NCBI GenBank assembly: GCA_963555985.3
Contig: CAUVXV020000006.1
Coordinates: 1 to 27,844 of the forward strand
Length of the DNA stretch: 27,844 bases
From: Dehalococcoidia bacterium
GTDB lineage: Bacteria > Chloroflexota > Dehalococcoidia > Bin125
Reading direction: 5' to 3'
Position 1 is the stretch's first letter. Each line of letters begins with the position of its first letter. The position numbers and the translations under genes are program-made. The notes under the pieces are model-generated. The model did no database searches and had not been told where the DNA came from. It worked only from the letters and a program-made list of their open reading frames with translations. Positions 9,703-18,702 of the stretch are shown in pieces.

Positions 9703-10926
9703 TCAGCCGAGTGGATGGAGGACGAGGCCGGTGGGGAGTTTGGGGACGAAGTAGGTCGATTTTTGGGGCATGAAGCCGCCGGCGTCGGCGGTGCTGATCA
9801 CGTCTTGCAAAGTTGGGGCCGGGAGCGCGAAGACGGCGGAGGCGGCGCCTGCCTTGAGGGCGTCCAGGCCCTCGGAGAGATGGTGGGTGTAGGTGACAGC
9901 TTGGCCTCCCGCGAGCGCTTCGGCGTCGATGCTGAAGACGGGTTCCAGGATGGCGTATTGGAGGAGAGCGGGGGCGAGTTCGCGCCAGGATTCGGGTACG
10001 GACTGGGGCATTGCGGCGTAGGCGGATTGGGTTGGGGTGAGTATATAGGAGTTGTCGGCGAGGTTCATGCCGATTGTGGCGCTGCCGTCGGGCAGTTCGG
10101 TTTGGATGCCGGCTTCGGCGACCGCTTGGACGTTGAACGATTCGGCGATTCGGTCGAGTAGATCGGGTGGGGCGGGGGTGTGGACGACGCGGTGGGTTGC
10201 GCCGACCGCCAGCGCCGGATCGCCCGCGCAGACGATTCCCATAAGGACGCTTCGTGAGCCTGGGCGTTCGTCCTGGGAGGCGAGGGCGGACTCGTAGCGG
10301 TGGTGACCGTCGGCCATGTAGACGCGCTGGGAGGCGAAGGCTGTTTCAATGGCGGCGACGACGGCGGGTTCGTCCAGCACTCGCAAGGTGTGGGCGTCTC
10401 CCATTGGATCGACTCCCTCGCAGACAGGCTGCGATTGCGCCGCGGTGTCGATCAGGGCTGCGAGCGCACCGTCGGTGTCGGGGACGAAGGCCATCAGCGG
10501 CGAGACATCCGCGCCGACGACTGAGCGCAGTGCGGTGCGGGTCGCTTTTGGGCCGGGCATCGTGCGTTCGTGCGCCATCACGCCCTCGGTGCCCCAGTCG
10601 GACAGTTCTACCGCGCCGAAGAGGGCGCGCCGGGTCTGCTCCTTGCCGTCGGCGGTGAATCGATGCTCGTGGAGGTAGAACGCGGGCTGCTCGTCGCGGA
10701 CGATCGCGCCTGCGTTTTGCCAGTCCCTGAGCCGCCGTGCGGCAGTCGCGATCTCGTCTTCTCCGGTCGCCATCTCGATGTGCGCGATTTGGTAGGGGCT
10801 CGCTGATCTCAGAGCTGCCGTCTGGGCTGCGTCGACGATGTCGTAGGGCGGGCCTAGGACTGCTCCCCAGTCTCCGACGACCGTCGGGTCGTAGCGCAGA
10901 CCGCGAAACGGGATTACGCGGACCAT
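9703..10926 (-). CDS. DUF1015 family protein
   Basis: PFRGLRY, PPYDIV, HERT, YMADGHHRYE, MPQKSTYFVPKLPTGLV. Start reassigned to ATG 10926. Confidence 0.9.
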   Translation of the reverse strand: MVRVIPFRGLRYDPTVVGDWGAVLGPPYDIVDAAQTAALRSASPYQIAHIEMATGEDEIATAARRLRDWQNAGAIVRDEQPAFYLHEHRFTADGKEQTRRALFGAVELSDWGTEGVMAHERTMPGPKATRTALRSVVGADVSPLMAFVPDTDGALAALIDTAAQSQPVCEGVDPMGDAHTLRVLDEPAVVAAIETAFASQRVYMADGHHRYESALASQDERPGSRSVLMGIVCAGDPALAVGATHRVVHTPAPPDLLDRIAESFNVQAVAEAGIQTELPDGSATIGMNLADNSYILTPTQSAYAAMPQSVPESWRELAPALLQYAILEPVFSIDAEALAGGQAVTYTHHLSEGLDALKAGAASAVFALPAPTLQDVISTADAGGFMPQKSTYFVPKLPTGLVLHPLG

Positions 10927-11013
10927 TGAGCACCGCCTTTCGAGCGCGTCGGATGTGTAGAGCGTATCAACGCCCTGATTGATCGCCCGCGCGTTCAGTG
11001 CGACGCTGCATCT

Positions 11014-11883
11014 ATGCCACCGAAGCCGGGACAAGAGCACACGCGCTATTGCGTCTTCTGCGGCATTGCCGAGGGGCGGGAGTCTGCGCTCTTTTTTCGG
11101 GACGGTCATCGCGGGTTCATTGATTCACGGCGCGGCGATCCGAGTTCGCCCTGGTCGGATGAGCGGCCTGAGGTCTTCGTCTTCGAGAATCAGTTCCTCT
11201 TTTTCGATCTGACGTCGCTGGTGATCCCGCTTGAGCATCCGCCCACGAACGGTCGGCGCTTCTACGCGCAACAGTCGGATCTGTGGCGGGATTTAGGCGA
11301 GGTGGGACGCACCGCTCGAGATCACGCGCTGCAAGTGATTGAGTGGATGCAAGATCGCAATCCGCAGCGGGCGGCTTCCGGTTTTCGCGTGTTTTGCAAC
11401 TTCGGCTCGATGGGCGAGCAGTCGCAGCCGCATGCGCACTTGCAGGTTCACGCGGCGCCTGAGCTTGACGTCTCGCGTTTTGCGCCGACCGGGGAGCCGT
11501 GGCTAGAGGCTGTGAGGGCGAACGGCCGGGAAGTCGTTCACGAGACCGAATCGACGGTCTTCTACAACGCGCTGCCGGTGCTGGCGGCGGGCAGGTCGAA
11601 TCTGTGGCAGGTGACGGTTTCGGTGGGGTTCTCCAGTCCCAATCGGGCGCTGCCGCCACTGGCTGTATTGGCGGTTCCGCGCAGCGGAGTCTCGCAGCGG
11701 GCGCTGTGGGAGGATGTGGGCCAGGTCGGGGCTGATGTGGTTGACTTTGCCGAGGAGCGATCGCCCGGCGGGTTCCGTCTGCTGAGCAATTTCCCCGGGC
11801 AGCAGGCTGAGGAGGAATCCGGTCCTGCGCACATCCTGGTCGTGGGCGGCGACTACCTCGGGCTCTACGCGGACTATTTCTGA
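11014..11883 (+). CDS. Protein with two tandem HIT-like domains
   Basis: CVFCGI N-terminus; GFRVFCNFGSMGEQSQPHAHLQVH; second repeat LAVP...GFRLLSNF...AHILVVGG. Confidence 0.7.
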   Translation: MPPKPGQEHTRYCVFCGIAEGRESALFFRDGHRGFIDSRRGDPSSPWSDERPEVFVFENQFLFFDLTSLVIPLEHPPTNGRRFYAQQSDLWRDLGEVGRTARDHALQVIEWMQDRNPQRAASGFRVFCNFGSMGEQSQPHAHLQVHAAPELDVSRFAPTGEPWLEAVRANGREVVHETESTVFYNALPVLAAGRSNLWQVTVSVGFSSPNRALPPLAVLAVPRSGVSQRALWEDVGQVGADVVDFAEERSPGGFRLLSNFPGQQAEEESGPAHILVVGGDYLGLYADYF

Positions 11884-12581
11884 GCGTCCTCGATTGCCTG
11901 CTCTTGCGCGGCGAAGACGCCGGGCAAAGCGGACTCGGCGGCGCGCACCATTTCGTTCAACTGATCGCGGCTGAAGACAGCGCCTTCGGCTGTGCCCTGG
12001 ACCTCGATCAGGCTGCCGGTGTCCAGAGCGACGACGTTGAAGTCGACTTCGGCGGCGGAATCCTCCTCGTAGCAGAGGTCAACCAGGACCTCGCCGGCGA
12101 CGATCCCGACTGAGATTGCGGCGACCGCTCCGTTCAGAGGCGGGTTTGCCATGCCGACGCGGGCTAGGGCCAGGCGCAGGGCGACCCAACTGCCTGTGAT
12201 GGCGGCTGTACGAGTGCCGCCGTCGGCCTGGAGCACATCGCAATCGATGGTGAAAGTACGTTCGCCGAGCCGATCGAGGTCGAGCGCGGCGCGCAGGCTG
12301 CGCCCGATCAGGCGCTGAATTTCGTGCGTGCGTCCGGAGGAAAGGGCGCGCTCGCGGTTCGTGCGCGTGTTGGTGCTGGCCGGGAGCATGTTGTACTCGG
12401 CTGTGACCCAGCCGGAACCGGTACCGCGCAGGAAGCGGGGCACGCTGTCCTCGAACGAGACGGCGCAGAGCACGCGGGTGTTACCCGCGCTGACGATGCA
12501 GGAGCCTGCGGCGTGCATCTGCACGTTGGTCTCGAAGGAGAGCGGACGGATTTCGCTGGTTCGGCGGCCATCGACGCGCAT
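11874..12581 (-). CDS. rph: Ribonuclease PH
   Basis: MRVDGR, GWVTAEYNMLP, SGRTHEIQRLIGRSLRA, DCDVLQADGGTRTAAITG, DLCYEEDS, EVQGTAEG. Confidence 0.97.
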   Translation of the reverse strand: MRVDGRRTSEIRPLSFETNVQMHAAGSCIVSAGNTRVLCAVSFEDSVPRFLRGTGSGWVTAEYNMLPASTNTRTNRERALSSGRTHEIQRLIGRSLRAALDLDRLGERTFTIDCDVLQADGGTRTAAITGSWVALRLALARVGMANPPLNGAVAAISVGIVAGEVLVDLCYEEDSAAEVDFNVVALDTGSLIEVQGTAEGAVFSRDQLNEMVRAAESALPGVFAAQEQAIEDAQK

Positions 12582-12670
12582 TGTGGCTCCTTCGGAACTG
12601 CCGCAAGCCTACGCCTACTCGGTATCCTGCTCGAAGCGAACGCGCCATTTACGCCACGTGGAGGATTGTC

Positions 12671-14101
12671 ATGGCTATTCAGAACTACTCCGACTATGAC
12701 GCGACCGATCTCGCCGAAATGGTTCGCAGCGGGCAAGTCTCAGCGGCCGAGCTGCTCGAAGAAGCGATCGAGCGCACAGAACGGGTCAACCCGCAGATCA
12801 ACGCAGTGGTCTATCCCTACTACGACGAGGCGCGAGAACGCGCCTACGCCGGTCTGCCCGAGGGACCGTTCACGGGCGTGCCTTTTCTGCTCAAGGACCT
12901 CTACCTGCTCTATGCGGGTCAGCCAATGAGCAACGGCTCGCGGATCTTCGTCGACTACGTGCCCGATCACGACCATGAGTTGACGGCGCGATACAAGGCG
13001 GCGGGATTGTCCATCTTCGGACGCTCCACCTCGCCTGAGTTCGGGATCACCGCGACGACCGAGTCGATCGTCCACGGCAAGACTCGCAACCCCTGGAATC
13101 TCGAGCACACGGCGGGCGGATCGTCCGGGGGCGCGGCGGCGGCGGTGGCGGCGGGAATCTTGCCGATTGCGAACGCCTCCGATGGGGGCGGCAGCATTCG
13201 CATTCCCGCCTCCTGCTGCGGCCTGTTTGGGCTCAAGCCGACCCGGGCGCGTACTCCCTCGGGTCCCGATGTGGGCGAAGGTTGGGCGGGGCAGTCGACG
13301 ATTCACGCGGTCTCTCGCAGCGTGCGCGACTCTGCGGCGTTGCTCGATGCGACTGCCGGTCCCGATCTTGGCGCTCCGTACTATGCGCCGCCGCCCGAGC
13401 GCCCGTGGGCTGAGGAGGTTGGACGTGATCTTGGTCAAATGCGGATTGGCGTGATCACGAACGCCTTTAACGGCGTTGAGACGCATCCTGACTGCATCGC
13501 TGCGGTGGAGCACGCCGCCGACCTCTGCCGCCAGCTTGGGCTTGAGGTTGAAGAGGCGGAGTTGGAGATCCCCGAAGAACTGCGGATTGCCCTCTGGAAT
13601 GTCGTTCGCCCCAGCACGCTTGTCGCCGTCCAAGATCGCGCTGCCCAACTCGGCCGCGAACCTAATCCCGAAGACGTCGAGCCGATCACGTGGCAGATGA
13701 TCAACTCCGAACAGCCCAGCGCCGCCGATTACATCCGCGCTACTCGCGCCGTCCACGCGATCGGGCGGATCGTGGCCGGCTTTTTTACCGGCTATGACCT
13801 GATGCTGACGCCGACGATGGCGATGCCGCCGTTCCCGCTTGGTCACCTCAACCTCGACCGCGACGACATGCGCGCCCAAGGCGAGGACGTCGCCTATACC
13901 GTCGCCTACACCTCTACCTTCAACTCAGCCGGCAACCCCGCCGCTTCGATCCCGCTCTACTGGAACGAGGACGGCCTGCCGATCGGTACCCACTTCATCG
14001 CCCCCTATGCCGACGAAGCGTCGCTGATTCGGATCGGTTCGGCGCTGGAGCAGTTGCAGCCCTGGGCGAACCGGAAACCTCCCGTACACTCAGACGGATA
14101 G
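12671..14101 (+). CDS. Amidase signature family protein
   Basis: GVPFLLKDL, TRNPWN, GGSSGGAAAAVAAG, DGGGSIRIPASCCGLFGLKPTR. GGAGGA SD before ATG 12671. Confidence 0.93.
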   Translation: MAIQNYSDYDATDLAEMVRSGQVSAAELLEEAIERTERVNPQINAVVYPYYDEARERAYAGLPEGPFTGVPFLLKDLYLLYAGQPMSNGSRIFVDYVPDHDHELTARYKAAGLSIFGRSTSPEFGITATTESIVHGKTRNPWNLEHTAGGSSGGAAAAVAAGILPIANASDGGGSIRIPASCCGLFGLKPTRARTPSGPDVGEGWAGQSTIHAVSRSVRDSAALLDATAGPDLGAPYYAPPPERPWAEEVGRDLGQMRIGVITNAFNGVETHPDCIAAVEHAADLCRQLGLEVEEAELEIPEELRIALWNVVRPSTLVAVQDRAAQLGREPNPEDVEPITWQMINSEQPSAADYIRATRAVHAIGRIVAGFFTGYDLMLTPTMAMPPFPLGHLNLDRDDMRAQGEDVAYTVAYTSTFNSAGNPAASIPLYWNEDGLPIGTHFIAPYADEASLIRIGSALEQLQPWANRKPPVHSDG

Positions 14102-14152
14102 TCCTAGCCGCCCAAATCCGCGCCCCTGAGCGCGAATGCACGAGGAGCACGC

Positions 14153-15799
14153 ATGAGAACCGCAAACGCGATCGCCGAGATGTTGAAGCGTGAGGGGGTC
14201 GACTTTGTGGTCGGCTATCCCGTCAATCCGATCTTCGAAGCCGCCGCCGAAGCCGACATCCGCACGATTGTCGTGCGGCAGGAGCGCACGGCGATCCATA
14301 TGGCCGACGCCTTCGGCCGGATGACGTCGGGCGATCAGGTCGGCGTCTACTTGACCCAGAACGGCCCCGGTTCCGAGAACTCATTCGGCGGTCTCGCCCA
14401 GGCCTACAGCGAGTCCGCTCCAATGGTCGCCATTCCCGGTGGCTACGCCCGCGCGCAGACAAACGTCGCGCCCAACTTCAGCGGCCTGGTCAACTTCCAG
14501 CACGTGAGCAAGTGGACCGAGCAGCTCACCGACCCCAACGATCTCTCCAACGCCGTGCGCCGCGCCTTCACCCACGCCCGCAACGGTCGTCCGCGACCGG
14601 TAGTGCTTGAGATTCCCGGCGACATTTGGGGCGCTGAGCACGAGGAGCCGATCGACTACCGGCCCACGCCATCACACCGCACCGGCCCCGACCCGGCTGA
14701 TGCGCGCAAGGCGGCGCAGACGCTGGTCAACGCCGAACGCCCGGTGATTTACGCGGGCCAGGGCGTGCACTACGCCAAGGCTTGGGATCAGCTCAAGGAA
14801 CTGGCCGAGCTGCTCGAATCGCCGGTGACGACTTCGCTCCAGGGCAAGAGCGCGTTCCCGGAAACGCATCCGCTCTCGCTGGGCTCGGGTGGCCGCGCCT
14901 TCCCGCGCGCGGTGCATGAGTTCGTCCAGAACGCCGACGTGATCTTCGGCATCGGCTGCTCCTTCGCCAAGACCGGCTTCGGTCTGGCGATGCCCAAAGG
15001 TCCGTACTACATTCACTCGACGCTCGACCCTGAGGACTTCAACAACGAGGTGGAGATCTCGGAGGGGATCGTCGGCGATGCAGGGCTCGTGCTTGACGCG
15101 ATCATCGGCGAGGTGCGGGAGCTGATCTCGGGACCGCGCGGTCGCGCGGACGCCATCGCCGCCGCGATCGCCCGGATCAACGGTGAGTGGCGCGCGGACT
15201 GGTCGCACAAGAGCGACCACAATGAAGCTCCGATCAACCCGTACCGGGCGCTGAAGGATCTGCACGCGACGCTGGACGAGACGGTCGGGATCGACAACGT
15301 GGTCGCTACCCACGACGCCGGCTCGCCGCGCGACCAGATGTCGCCGTTCTGGAACTCAACCACGCCGCTGAGCTACATCGGCTGGGGCAAGACCACCCAA
15401 CTCGGCACCGGCCTCGGTTACGCGATGGGCGCAAAAGTCGCCGCCCCCGAGAAGACCTGTCTCAACGTCTGGGGCGACGCCGCGATCGGCATGACCGGGA
15501 TGGACTTCGAGACGGCGGTGCGCGAAAACATCCCGATCCTCAGTGTGCTGCTCAACAACTTCTCGATGGCGATCGAGCTTCCAATCATGAAGACGGCGAC
15601 GGAGAAGTATCGGGCGACCGATATCTCCGGTCACTACGCCGACATGGCCAAGGCCTTCGGCGGCTACGGAGAGCGAGTGGAGTCGCCTGGTGATCTGAAG
15701 GAGGCGTTCAAGCGCGGGATCGCGGCGACGGAGGAAGGTCAGCCGGCGCTGATCGAGGTGATCACGTCGAAGGAGATTGACTACTCCAATCGGCACTAA
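14153..15799 (+). CDS. Thiamine-pyrophosphate-dependent enzyme (acetolactate synthase-like)
   Basis: VRQERTAIHMAD (catalytic Glu), GPG, RPVVLEIP, TPP motif WGDAAIGM...LLNN; GAGGAG SD. Confidence 0.9.
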   Translation: MRTANAIAEMLKREGVDFVVGYPVNPIFEAAAEADIRTIVVRQERTAIHMADAFGRMTSGDQVGVYLTQNGPGSENSFGGLAQAYSESAPMVAIPGGYARAQTNVAPNFSGLVNFQHVSKWTEQLTDPNDLSNAVRRAFTHARNGRPRPVVLEIPGDIWGAEHEEPIDYRPTPSHRTGPDPADARKAAQTLVNAERPVIYAGQGVHYAKAWDQLKELAELLESPVTTSLQGKSAFPETHPLSLGSGGRAFPRAVHEFVQNADVIFGIGCSFAKTGFGLAMPKGPYYIHSTLDPEDFNNEVEISEGIVGDAGLVLDAIIGEVRELISGPRGRADAIAAAIARINGEWRADWSHKSDHNEAPINPYRALKDLHATLDETVGIDNVVATHDAGSPRDQMSPFWNSTTPLSYIGWGKTTQLGTGLGYAMGAKVAAPEKTCLNVWGDAAIGMTGMDFETAVRENIPILSVLLNNFSMAIELPIMKTATEKYRATDISGHYADMAKAFGGYGERVESPGDLKEAFKRGIAATEEGQPALIEVITSKEIDYSNRH

Positions 15800-15815
15800 G
15801 GGTCAGCGATATCTA

Positions 15816-15842
15816 CTCTCCCCCCGCACTGCGGGGGGAGAG
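15816..15842. repeat. Perfect 12-bp GC-rich hairpin (REP-like element or terminator)
   Basis: CTCTCCCCCCGC-ACT-GCGGGGGGAGAG, 16 bp after the TPP gene stop; no poly-T tail. Confidence 0.65.
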
Positions 15843-15923
15843 ATCGAGGGCAAAAGGGGGCCTGGCGAATCGCTAGGTTCTTCGCCACGACCGAATGCTC
15901 GTCGCTACGCGACACAACATGGC

Positions 15924-16221
15924 ATGACCAACCTCCCTCACCCCCAATCTTTCTGGATCGTCCCCGACCAGTTCCTCGCGGGCAACTACCCGGGCGATAG
16001 GACTGAGCAATCCGCATTAGCCAAGCTCAAGCGCGTGCTTGAGGCCGGTGTCAACGTCTTCATCGACCTGACGCAGGAGCATGAACTCCGACCCTATGCC
16101 CATCTGCTGCCTGGGGATGCGACGCACTGCCGCTTCCCGATTCGAGATATGGGCATCCCGAACGCCCCAGACCGCCGAGCAGTCCATCTACATCCGCAGT
16201 TGGCGCGAAACCGCCCGCTGA
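15924..16221 (+). pseudogene. Protein-tyrosine/dual-specificity phosphatase pseudogene (catalytic core deleted, frameshift)
   Basis: N-part FWIVPDQFLAGNYPG...FIDLT...RFPIRDMGIP joins in the +1 frame (from 16162) to a family-like C-terminus TPQTAEQSIYIRSWRETAR*; the HCxxGxGRT loop is absent. Confidence 0.75.
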
Positions 16222-16399
16222 CGCCCCATCCAGCTCCCGGCGCGATATAATTCGATGACCCGTTCTAGAAAAGATCAACCGGAAAGCGCTGCTCATGCCT
16301 ATCACCTCCTTCCCCTGGTCCTGGTGTGGGTGTTCTGCCCGCGTGCGGCTGTTTTTCTGCCTGTCTCCGTTTTTTCTTCCCGGCAGCCCTCAAACCATG

Positions 16400-16498
16400 C
16401 TGAACATCCCTGAACGGCCTGAACGCCAAACCCCTGCAAATTCCAAGGCGAAGCGGATCGAGCGCCGCCCAAAAAATTTATCGCTGAACACCCTGAAC
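16400..16498 (+). repeat. Five CTGAAC direct repeats in two clusters
   Basis: CTGAAC at 16400, 16410, 16419, 16484, 16493; GCTGAACA(T)CCCTGAAC occurs twice. Confidence 0.7.
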
Positions 16499-16520
16499 AC
16501 GCCGGGGAGGAGCGCCGCCG

Positions 16521-17507
16521 ATGCCCGCTGACTGGTTCGAGCGACTCTTCGGCTTCCAGGAGACCTCGGACGCCGTCTATGCCAATCTCAGGGTCGCTGG
16601 CGAGACCCTGCGCTCTCGCGCCAACGGACGCTCCTTCGCCATCGGCACACTCGAAACTCCAACCCTCGCCGAACTGCGTGAGCGGGTTGACATTCGGCGC
16701 GGAACCCCAATCCGCGTCCGCAATATCGTCGGAGAAGCCGGCGCGCTTCACGGCGACCCCGCCAATGCCCATGCACTGATCCAGGCCGCTTCCCAATTCA
16801 ACCTTTTGGAGATGGTCAGCCCGGACGTCACTCCCGAAGCGGGGATCACTGGCTACGCCCGCGACCACACTCAGGGGCCTGCCTGTGCGGTAGCCGCGGC
16901 CGCCGCAACTGTCTACCGCAACTACTTCGTGCCGCTCGGCGATCAGATCGGGCAGACCGCCGACCAGCAGATCGACTGTCTGTGTGACGTTCAGGACTGG
17001 CTCTCTGGCGGCGGAGAGCCGCTCTTTGAAATGCGCAACGGCTACGCCATGCCCGCTCGTGGATTGCTCAGCGCATTCGATGCGAGATTCTCAGCGTTGG
17101 AATCCTCAGAGGTCGACAAACTGCGCTCCTGCCTGCGGATCGGCCTCCACTGGGATGTCGAGGTCACCTACCCCAACGCGGGACATCTCGTCTCTCAGGC
17201 GTACTGTTCTGCGCTGCCGCTCGCGTATTGGCCTGAGTCAAGTGGGCAGGCCAATCGCTTTGCGGCGCTCATCCTCGAAGCGCTGTACGAGGCGACGCTG
17301 TTGGCTGCGATTGAGAACGCCGATCGCTACCCGGGCGCGCCCGTCTACCTCACCAGCGTTGGCGGCGGCGTCTTCGGCAACGATGATCGCTGGATCGTCA
17401 GTGCAATGAATCGAGCCTTCGAGCTCTGCGCCGAGAGCGGGCTTGACGTGCGGATCGTCAACTTCCGCGAGATTACCGACTCATACCAGGCCTTGGAGCG
17501 TGGATGA
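16521..17507 (+). CDS. Conserved hypothetical protein, probably macro/PARG-like
   Basis: DWFERLFGF, QAASQFNLLEM, DHTQGPACA, YRNYF, and VYLTSVGGGVFGN resembling the macrodomain GxGxFG loop; GGAGGAG SD. Confidence 0.75.
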   Translation: MPADWFERLFGFQETSDAVYANLRVAGETLRSRANGRSFAIGTLETPTLAELRERVDIRRGTPIRVRNIVGEAGALHGDPANAHALIQAASQFNLLEMVSPDVTPEAGITGYARDHTQGPACAVAAAAATVYRNYFVPLGDQIGQTADQQIDCLCDVQDWLSGGGEPLFEMRNGYAMPARGLLSAFDARFSALESSEVDKLRSCLRIGLHWDVEVTYPNAGHLVSQAYCSALPLAYWPESSGQANRFAALILEALYEATLLAAIENADRYPGAPVYLTSVGGGVFGNDDRWIVSAMNRAFELCAESGLDVRIVNFREITDSYQALERG

Positions 17508-17508
17508 G

Positions 17509-18702
17509 CTATTCGAAGATGCCGTCAGCCTCGAGCATCGCCACCTCATCCGCGCTCATGCCTAGCCAGTCCGACGCAACCGATGTGTTCGACTCGCCGA
17601 ACATCTCGCTGCGCCGATACTCGCTCACCGGCGTCGCTGAAAATTGCAGCGGTAAACGGTCTCCCCGTACCTCTCCCAGGGCTGGATGCGTCTCCTCGAA
17701 CGTGAAGTACATCTCGGCGTGTCGAAGCTGCGGATCGCGGGTGGTCAGGTCTTCGCCGGTCTGCACCACGCCTGCCGGAACTCTGGCCGCTTGCAAGATT
17801 TCCATAATCTCATACCGATCCCGCGCGGCAGTCCACGCCGCGATCCCTGCATCCAGCTCAGAACGCCGCTCCCAGCGCCCCTCTGTGGTCGCCAGCTGCG
17901 CGTCCGCCGCCCAGTCCGAAGCGTCTAAGACACGACATAATGAATGCCACTGATCATCTGACACGACCGCGATCGCGATCCAGGCGTCTTCTCCGCTGCA
18001 CGGGTAGACCGCATGAGGCGCCCAGCGCTCCCAGGCCGGATCGTTCCCGACCGGTTCCGCTGCGATCCCATTAGCGAACCAGTCCAACAGGGCCACGCCT
18101 GAGAACGTCACCCCGACCTCGAACTGCGACATGTCTACTCGTTGGCCGCGGCCGGTTGCCCGCCGAGCTTCGAGCGCCGCCAGCACCGCGACCGCTCCGT
18201 GCAGTCCGGCCATGTGGTCGTTGTAGGAGAAGCCAATCCCGATGTCATTCCGCCCCGGAACGCCGGTCAGATAGGTCAGCCCCGCCAGCGCGTGAACGGT
18301 CGGCGCGTAGGTCACATACGACGCCCACGGCCCGGTCACACCCATGCCGCTCATGCCGACGTAGATCACATCGGGATGTTCCGCTGCGACAGATTCGTAG
18401 CCCAAGCCCCAGCGGTCGAGCACGCCCACCGAGAAGTTGTCGATCACCACATCGGCCTTGAGCGCGAGGTCGCGTGCGATTGTCCGCGCTTCGTCGCGGC
18501 TGAGGTCCAGTTGCAGCACCCGCTTGTTGCGATTCCACATCACGTGGTACGGATGCTCCGGCCCGCCCGCAAGCCCAGCCCGCGTCGACGTCATGATCTT
18601 GACCACATCCGCGCCCATGTCGCCGAGCACGCGCGTGCAGAACGGGCCCGCCAGCACATGCGTGAAATCGAGAATGCGCACGCCCTCAAGTGGTCCGGAC
18701 AT
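17509..18702 (-). CDS. CoA-transferase family III (CaiB/BaiF), catalytic-type subunit
   Basis: GPLEGVRILDFT, LAGPF, LGDMGADVVK, NRNKR, ADVVIDNF, SYNDHMAG (catalytic Asp). ATG 18702 overlaps the upstream TGA. Confidence 0.92.
   Translation of the reverse strand: MSGPLEGVRILDFTHVLAGPFCTRVLGDMGADVVKIMTSTRAGLAGGPEHPYHVMWNRNKRVLQLDLSRDEARTIARDLALKADVVIDNFSVGVLDRWGLGYESVAAEHPDVIYVGMSGMGVTGPWASYVTYAPTVHALAGLTYLTGVPGRNDIGIGFSYNDHMAGLHGAVAVLAALEARRATGRGQRVDMSQFEVGVTFSGVALLDWFANGIAAEPVGNDPAWERWAPHAVYPCSGEDAWIAIAVVSDDQWHSLCRVLDASDWAADAQLATTEGRWERRSELDAGIAAWTAARDRYEIMEILQAARVPAGVVQTGEDLTTRDPQLRHAEMYFTFEETHPALGEVRGDRLPLQFSATPVSEYRRSEMFGESNTSVASDWLGMSADEVAMLEADGIFE

Noticed and set aside
16301-16312. ATCACCTCCTT resembling the 16S rRNA 3' end
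   Set aside because: No rRNA sequence around it; it is simply the complement of a Shine-Dalgarno.
16291-17564. GCTCATGCCTA shared between 16291-16301 and the CoA-transferase 3' region (17554-17564), a possible third 3'-end duplication
   Set aside because: Only 11 bp with no flanking protein-level similarity; compatible with chance.
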